In this document: piece after piece, positions 58,119 through 64,000 of the stretch
Numbering within the stretch: the stretch's first letter is position 1
Layout of the letters: each line of letters opens with the position of its first letter
Source: an uncultured Acidobacteriota bacterium
GTDB taxonomy: Bacteria; Acidobacteriota; Blastocatellia; RBC074
Assembly (NCBI GenBank): GCA_963796275.1
Contig: CAWCKY010000006.1
Location: 512,001-576,000, forward strand
Length of the DNA: 64,000 nt
Direction: 5' to 3'
Position numbers and translations under genes: made by a program
The notes under the pieces: model-generated
Seen by the model: the letters and a program-made list of their open reading frames with translations, nothing else
What the model was told of the DNA's origin: nothing
Database searches by the model: none

Positions 58119-59488
58119 AACCCTCGCGACACCGAGAAGTAGGCTTGATTCCCTTCATTGCTGTGGCCGATATCGACGCGTAGCGCGAAGTTCTTGCTCA
58201 AACGGTATTGCGCGCCGCCGCCAATGCCGAAGCGCCAAAAACTTGAACTCATTTGATCGTTAGCCAACACTTGAGGATTTGTAGTCGATCGGCTGTCGCC
58301 CCATACCTGACTGCCGTCGCCGAAGGCAAAGACATCAAGCCCTTTGGTCTCCGCCTGCCTCCATACCGTCTGGCGCGGCTCGATGGAGAAGAGCAGCTGG
58401 TTGTTGGCGCGATAGCGATAGTTATCGAACCCCCGACCGCGACTGCGCCCTCCGAGCCATGGCAGAAGATAGAACGGTATCTGGCTCCCGCCCTTGGTAT
58501 CTAGCAATTCGGTATAGACTCGCAGAGCGACCGAGCTGAAATCGCTGCCCAGCGGAATATAGGCACGTCCGTCGAGACTGAACTCGTTCCAGCCGAAATC
58601 GGAGAATGTTTCATTATCCAGGCCATCGATCGAACCATAACGGCCATATAAATAGGAGCCCTTCGTCAGCCCCCGGTCATTGTCGCGCCCGTTGTACTCA
58701 ACAAATGCTCCGTAGGAGATGAGTTTTGCATTTGTGTTAAGTCCAGGCAGCCAGCGTGTGATAGGCACCACCGTCGGCTGGCCTGAAAAAAGGACGCTGA
58801 TCGGCACCTCGCTTTCATCCTCGCCATCGTAGGCGTCGGAGTTGGACAGGGTTACGAATATCCCTGATTGAAGTTGCGGAGTGAAATCGCGATAGAGCAT
58901 TGCATTATAGGTTCGATATTCGCTGGCATAATTGGTTTCCGGCTCTTCCGGTGAGTTGGGGCCGATGCCGAAAAAGTTGTCGCGCACACGGTGGATGTAA
59001 CCGAACCAGATGTCGGCGTGAGTCTGTGTATCGCCGACCGATGGGATATATGCCTCGGCTTCGAAGCGCCGGTAGAAGCGAGTCGAGATCAAAAATTTGC
59101 CGCGGAATTCCACTCCCGGAACCTTATCCGCACTCGTCAATTCGAGGCCAAGGCCTACGCCAGCTCCCTGCTCGAATCCGCTCACCAGGGCGTTGAGGTG
59201 TTTTACGATTCTGAAGGCTTCAAGGTTATCGCGGCGCGGAGCATTGCGGTCGCGCGATTGGTAGCGGTTGCTGACTTGTGAAAGCGCCTGTTGCTGCGGG
59301 CCACCGCCGGTGGGATTCCCGCCTGTGGGGATGGGGTTGCCGCCGGTGGGGGTGCCGCTATTGTTTCCGCCAGCATCGCCCTTATTGATTACGGTCTCGC
59401 CGATCGATTGCGCCAGGCAGTACGGGACGCATGCGGTTATGATGAGTAAACCCAATCCTGCTTTTACCAAAATTTTACGTATGTTCAT
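58115..59488 (-). CDS. Omp85/BamA-family beta-barrel protein without POTRA domains
   Basis: Signal peptide, low-complexity linker, FFGIG, YNGRDN, PFYLLPWLGGRSRGRGF..YRY (RGF lid motif), C-terminal YFSVSRGF. Confidence 0.75.
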   Translation of the reverse strand: MNIRKILVKAGLGLLIITACVPYCLAQSIGETVINKGDAGGNNSGTPTGGNPIPTGGNPTGGGPQQQALSQVSNRYQSRDRNAPRRDNLEAFRIVKHLNALVSGFEQGAGVGLGLELTSADKVPGVEFRGKFLISTRFYRRFEAEAYIPSVGDTQTHADIWFGYIHRVRDNFFGIGPNSPEEPETNYASEYRTYNAMLYRDFTPQLQSGIFVTLSNSDAYDGEDESEVPISVLFSGQPTVVPITRWLPGLNTNAKLISYGAFVEYNGRDNDRGLTKGSYLYGRYGSIDGLDNETFSDFGWNEFSLDGRAYIPLGSDFSSVALRVYTELLDTKGGSQIPFYLLPWLGGRSRGRGFDNYRYRANNQLLFSIEPRQTVWRQAETKGLDVFAFGDGSQVWGDSRSTTNPQVLANDQMSSSFWRFGIGGGAQYRLSKNFALRVDIGHSNEGNQAYFSVSRGF

Positions 59489-59628
59489 TTGTTTATATTC
59501 CTTCGTTTCTGTCTGCATAGTGATCGAGATCCGCTACAATGACGATTGCGCCAAGTGGAGGTCATACGCGGCAAAGTGTTGGGCATTGCGGTTTGGATGA
59601 CAACAGACTTTCTCTAAAACTTTAAGTA

Positions 59629-59650
59629 TCGACATTTTCTTAAATGTCGA
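59629..59650. promoter_or_regulatory. palindromic operator-like site in a divergent intergenic region
   Basis: TCGACATTT-N4-AAATGTCGA perfect 9-bp inverted repeat. Confidence 0.35.
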
Positions 59651-59707
59651 CCCATTATTCAACTACACGATTTATCTGCTCACCCGAATTTGGGAGGAAC
59701 ACGGAGC

Positions 59708-61084
59708 ATGTCCTTGTTTATTCGTATTATCTCATTTATTGCTCTCGTCTGCTTTCTGACGATTGCGGTCAAATTACTCCGTCAGGGAGACGCGCAAACG
59801 ACGTCGCGCATCCCGGTTGTGCTGATTTCAATCGATGGCCTGAAACCGGATTACATCATCGACTCCGATAAACACAAATTGAAAGTCCCCAATCTACGGA
59901 GAATGCTCAGAGAAGGAGCTTATGCCGCGGGCGTCGCCGGTGTTACCCCAACAGTCACCTATCCGAGTCATACAACGATTGTCACAGGCGTTTCGCCATC
60001 AAAGCACGGGATAATCACGAATACTCCCTTCGATCCATTGAGCAAAAACATGGGCGGATGGTTCTGGTACGCTGAAGACATCAAAAGCACGACCTTGTGG
60101 GATGCGGCCGATGGTGCGGGTCTGATCACCGCCAGTGTCGACTGGCCGGTCACCGTCGGGGCGGAGATCAGGTACAACATCGTTCAGTACTGGCGGGCCT
60201 CGACGCCCGATGACCGCAAGCTCACGCGCGCACTATCCACCAAAGGATTGCTCAGCGAAGCTGAAAAAGATGTCGGCCCTTATCCGGAAGGCTACGATTA
60301 CGACCTGGAGTCCGATGGCCGCCGTGCGAAATTCATCGGCTGGATATTGGAGAAGAAAAAACCGCAATTCCTCACCGGATATTTCTCCAGCCTGGATGAG
60401 GTGCAGCATCACACGGCGCCCTACAGCGCGCTCACCTTCGAGACCCTTGAAGGCATCGATGCGCTCGTCGGAGATGTTCGCGCCGCAGCCGAGCGAAGCA
60501 ACAACGGGCGCGCGGTGATCTGCGTTGTCTCGGATCACGGTCACATTACTGCCAACCGGGAATTACATCTGAATGCGGCGCTGCGAGAGGCTGGGTTGAT
60601 CGAGCTTCAGGAGCAGAAGGTGAAGTCGTGGCGGGCATTTGCGTGGACCTCCGGAGGTTCCGCCGGGATAATGCTCAAGGACGCGAACGACGGCGCAGCG
60701 CGCGATCGAATTCGTGAAATGCTGAAGCGGCTCGCCGCCGATCCAGCCAACGGCATAGAGCGTGTAGTCGAAGGAACTGAAGCCAGGGGATTAGGCGGTT
60801 TCCCCGAGTCTGCATTCATCGTCGGAGTTAAGCCGGGATTCAATGTCGGCGGCGCTTTGTCCGGCCCGGTCTGGCGAACGGGCAAGGCGGGTGGGACACA
60901 CGGCTATCTGCCGGGACATCGCGATATGGAGGCATCTTTTTTCATCGTCGGACCGGGTATTCCTGCGGGGCGAAATTTCGACCGGATCGATATGCGCGAT
61001 GTCGCGCCGACTCTGGCTGGAGTTATGGGAATCGCGCTGCCCGAGGCGGAAGGGCGTGATCTATTGCGCGATGTGAAAAACTAG
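59708..61084 (+). CDS. ectonucleotide pyrophosphatase/phosphodiesterase (alkaline phosphatase superfamily)
   Basis: VVLISIDGL, PTVTYPSHTTIVTG, LDEVQH, VVSDHG, GTHGY. Confidence 0.92.
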   Translation: MSLFIRIISFIALVCFLTIAVKLLRQGDAQTTSRIPVVLISIDGLKPDYIIDSDKHKLKVPNLRRMLREGAYAAGVAGVTPTVTYPSHTTIVTGVSPSKHGIITNTPFDPLSKNMGGWFWYAEDIKSTTLWDAADGAGLITASVDWPVTVGAEIRYNIVQYWRASTPDDRKLTRALSTKGLLSEAEKDVGPYPEGYDYDLESDGRRAKFIGWILEKKKPQFLTGYFSSLDEVQHHTAPYSALTFETLEGIDALVGDVRAAAERSNNGRAVICVVSDHGHITANRELHLNAALREAGLIELQEQKVKSWRAFAWTSGGSAGIMLKDANDGAARDRIREMLKRLAADPANGIERVVEGTEARGLGGFPESAFIVGVKPGFNVGGALSGPVWRTGKAGGTHGYLPGHRDMEASFFIVGPGIPAGRNFDRIDMRDVAPTLAGVMGIALPEAEGRDLLRDVKN

Positions 61085-61128
61085 CGGTGAGGTTCACTAC
61101 AAAAACAGGACTATGGAGAATCTGCTGA

Positions 61129-62628
61129 ATGACAAATTCTCATGACCATCACGATACGGGCCATGACGCGCAGGAATTAGGAAAGCTCGGCTACGCGCAA
61201 GAGCTCTTCCGCACGATGGGCGGGTTCTCAAATTTCGCCATCTCGTTCTCGATCATTTCGATATTGACAGGAGCCGTGACGCTTTATGGCCATGGGTTGC
61301 GGATGGGCGGCCCGGCGGAGATGGCTATCGGCTGGCCGCTCGTATCGATCTTTACGCTCGCGGTTGTCATGAGTATGGCGGAGTTGGCTTCGGCGTTGCC
61401 TACTTCCGGCGCCATGTATCACTGGTCTTGCAATCTCGGCGGCAAGGGATGGGGATGGTTCACCGCATGGTTCAATATCATCGGACAGATCGCGACGATA
61501 GCCGGCATCGATTACGGCTGCGCGCTATTCATCACGCCGTTAATCGGAATCGATTCGAGCAAGCGGAATTTGCTGATCGTCTACGCGGTGATCCTGCTGT
61601 CGCATGCGATGATCAATCATTTCGGCATCAGGCTGGTGGCCTGGCTCAACGATTTCAGCGTGACCGTGCACATCATCGGAGTGGTCGTTATCGTTGGCGC
61701 GCTCCTCTTGTTTGCGCCGAAACAGCCCATCGGCTTCTTTTTCGCCCGTGTCACCAGCAACACGGAAGGCTGGCCTTATTGGTGGGCCTTTATTATCGGC
61801 CTCTTACAGGCGATGTGGACGTTTACGGGCTATGATGCCTCAGCGAGCGTCTCTGAAGAGACGGTCGACCCGCGCCGGCGAGCACCCTGGGGGATGGTGA
61901 TGGCCGTGGTCGTTTCAAGCCTCGTCGGATATTTGCTGCTGATTGCGTTGACGCTGACGATCAAAGATATTCCGGCGATTCTCAACGCAAAAGATGCGAG
62001 CGGGAATGACGTTCCGGCAGTAATAGCGATTCTCATCGGCGCTCTCGGCGAGCGAGCCGGAAGCGTCTTCTCGGCGTTGGCGGCAATGGCGATGTGGTTT
62101 TGCGGGTTGTCGGCCGTGACCTGGAGTTCGCGCGTCATCTGGGCTTTTGCGCGCGATGGCGGACTGCCGGGTTCACGCCTCTGGCGGCGAGTCAGCCGGA
62201 AGCATAAGACGCCCGGCCCAACCATCTGGCTATGCGTAATCGCGGCTTATTTAGCGGCAGTTTACAGCGATGCTTATCCCGTCGTGACATCTATCAGCAC
62301 GATCGGCCTGTATATCTCTTATATCATTCCTGTTCTACTTTTTGTTAACCTGCGGGCGCGCGGAGGGACGTTGACACCCGGGCCCTGGAATTTAGGGCGG
62401 TTCAGCAGGGCGATCAACTTGATTGCGATTGTCTGGGTGTGTTTTCTGAGCGTCATTCTCAGTCTGCCGGATAATATGCGAACCGGCAAATCCATTGTGG
62501 CGGTGACTGTCTTGTTGGGGTTATGGTATGGGCTATCTGAAAGACGTCGTTTTCAGGGGCCTGCCTGGGAGGCCAGGCCCGATGGTTCGGCGGATGAGAT
62601 TGAAGTGCTCTCTCAGCCAAGTAATTAG
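61129..62628 (+). CDS. APC-family amino acid/polyamine permease
   Basis: LGYAQELFRTMGGFSNFAISFSIISIL, MAELASALPTSG, WTFTGYDASASVSEET, SRVIWAFARDG. Confidence 0.92.
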   Translation: MTNSHDHHDTGHDAQELGKLGYAQELFRTMGGFSNFAISFSIISILTGAVTLYGHGLRMGGPAEMAIGWPLVSIFTLAVVMSMAELASALPTSGAMYHWSCNLGGKGWGWFTAWFNIIGQIATIAGIDYGCALFITPLIGIDSSKRNLLIVYAVILLSHAMINHFGIRLVAWLNDFSVTVHIIGVVVIVGALLLFAPKQPIGFFFARVTSNTEGWPYWWAFIIGLLQAMWTFTGYDASASVSEETVDPRRRAPWGMVMAVVVSSLVGYLLLIALTLTIKDIPAILNAKDASGNDVPAVIAILIGALGERAGSVFSALAAMAMWFCGLSAVTWSSRVIWAFARDGGLPGSRLWRRVSRKHKTPGPTIWLCVIAAYLAAVYSDAYPVVTSISTIGLYISYIIPVLLFVNLRARGGTLTPGPWNLGRFSRAINLIAIVWVCFLSVILSLPDNMRTGKSIVAVTVLLGLWYGLSERRRFQGPAWEARPDGSADEIEVLSQPSN

Positions 62629-62715
62629 AAGGAGGCGTTTAATCGCCTTTGTGGGTGCGGCGTCCGCCTCACTTGGAACCGCATTTAAAGACAGCGCCAT
62701 AAGGGGAGGGCAGCA

Positions 62716-63999
62716 TTGAGCCAGAGTGATGTCAAATTGAAAGGGATGTTGGGTCTCGAGCGACTCAGTGAGCTCGTGGATCAAGAGCAAATCGAAACGG
62801 TGGTTGTTGCTTTCACCGATCATTACGGTCGCCTTGTCGGTAAACGATTCGACGCCGAGATGTTCGTCGAAGATACATATCATCACGGCACGCACGGATG
62901 CGACTACCTGCTCACTACCGATATGGAGATGGAACCGGTTCAGGGATACAGCTTCGCCAACTGGCAACTGGGATACGGCGATTTCCATATCGTGCCTGAT
63001 TTGAATACGCTGCGCGTTGCGAGTTGGCTCGACAAAACGGCAATGGTGCTGTGCGATGTTAAGAAAGAGACGACTCACGACTTCGTCTCGATCGCCCCGC
63101 GCTCAATCTTGCGGAGGCAGATCAATTTCGCACATCGGCTGGGTTACCAAAGTTTCGCCGCCTCCGAGCTCGAGTACTACTTATTTCAAAACAGTTATCG
63201 CGCAGCCGCCGCTGACGGCTATCGCGATCTGGAGCCGGCCGGTTGGTATCTGGAGGATTATCAAATCCTGCAGGGGACGCGGACTGAGCCCTTCACGGCG
63301 GCGGTGCGCCATCATTTGAAACATTCGGGAGTCCCGGTCGAGACCTCCAAAGGCGAATGGGGATTGGGACAGCACGAATTGAACATTCGTTACGCTGAGG
63401 CGCTGGATATGGCTGATCGGCATATCGTATACAAGCAATGTATGAAAGAGACGGCCGAGCGAATGGGTTTAAGCGTGACATTTATGGCGAAGTTCGCTGC
63501 CGACCGCGCCGGGTCGAGCTGTCACATTCACTTCAGTTTATGGCGCGATGGCAAGAATGCTTTCGCCGGTGACGAAGTATGCGGGCGCATCAAGTGTTCA
63601 GACCAATTTCGCTGGTTCCTGGGCGGATGGATCGCATACGCGCCGGACGTCATGGTCTTCTATGCTCCGACGGTGAACTCATACAAACGTTATGTCGATG
63701 CATCGTGGGCTCCGACGCGGATGGCCTGGAGCTATGACAATCGTACCGGCGGTTTCCGGGTGGTGGGCCACGATCAAAGCTTGCGCATCGAATGCCGCAT
63801 TCCCGGTGCAGATTGCAATCCGTATCTTGCGTTTGCCGCCTCGCTGGCATCCGGATTGGATGGTATCGCCAACAGGATCGAACCGCCGGAGATATTCACC
63901 GGCGATATCTATGCGGCAAAACATCTGCCGCGAGTGCCGGATTCTCTGGCCGAAGCCACTAACAAATTCGAAAAAAGCAATTTCGCCAACGCCGTTTTC
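62716..63999 (+). CDS. glutamine-synthetase-like gamma-glutamyl ligase (GlnA4/PuuA-like); 3' end runs off the window
   Basis: Not in the ORF track. TTG 62716 after GGGGAGG: ...IETVVVAFTDHYGRLVGKRF..CDYLLTTDMEM..GYGDF..ASELEYY..KGEWGLGQHELN..TFMAK..GSSCHIHFSL..NSYKRY..DNRT..IECRIPGADCNPY. Confidence 0.9.
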   Translation, partial: MSQSDVKLKGMLGLERLSELVDQEQIETVVVAFTDHYGRLVGKRFDAEMFVEDTYHHGTHGCDYLLTTDMEMEPVQGYSFANWQLGYGDFHIVPDLNTLRVASWLDKTAMVLCDVKKETTHDFVSIAPRSILRRQINFAHRLGYQSFAASELEYYLFQNSYRAAAADGYRDLEPAGWYLEDYQILQGTRTEPFTAAVRHHLKHSGVPVETSKGEWGLGQHELNIRYAEALDMADRHIVYKQCMKETAERMGLSVTFMAKFAADRAGSSCHIHFSLWRDGKNAFAGDEVCGRIKCSDQFRWFLGGWIAYAPDVMVFYAPTVNSYKRYVDASWAPTRMAWSYDNRTGGFRVVGHDQSLRIECRIPGADCNPYLAFAASLASGLDGIANRIEPPEIFTGDIYAAKHLPRVPDSLAEATNKFEKSNFANAVF

Positions 64000-64000
64000 G

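Overview
Bacterial DNA with GC-rich coding regions and AT-rich intergenic regions. Gene content suggests Acidobacteriota, probably Blastocatellia-like (inference). The first ~38 kb holds seven large Oar-type TonB-dependent-receptor-like genes, each with an N-terminal carboxypeptidase-regulatory-like domain. They are interleaved with secreted TPR proteins, a Tat-exported Gfo/Idh/MocA oxidoreductase, a SPOR protein and a hydrolase. The strongest hidden signal is an exact TGGAAT-N5-TTGC motif (sigma54 -24/-12 type), correctly oriented 170-305 bp upstream of five of the six receptor transcription units. A one-base-short copy precedes the sixth, and an IHF site and a candidate enhancer lie at one of them. 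The right part is more housekeeping-like: Kef-type antiporter with a zf-UBP tail, PA0069-like radical SAM protein, amidase, histone-H1-like/TPR protein, rimI-like acetyltransferase, queA, ruvB (frameshifted), ruvA and rex. Then comes a minimal microcompartment module (class II aldolase with a putative encapsulation peptide, a UGA-interrupted small ORF, BMC-H, BMC-P) running into nadE, pgsA and a gamma-CA. The window ends with an LLM monooxygenase/hydrolase pair, a Ser/Thr kinase-TPR, a POTRA-less Omp85, an NPP phosphodiesterase, an APC permease and a GlnA4-like ligase. Several single-base frameshifts point to consensus errors in the assembly. I saw no rRNA, tRNA, CRISPR array or transposase.
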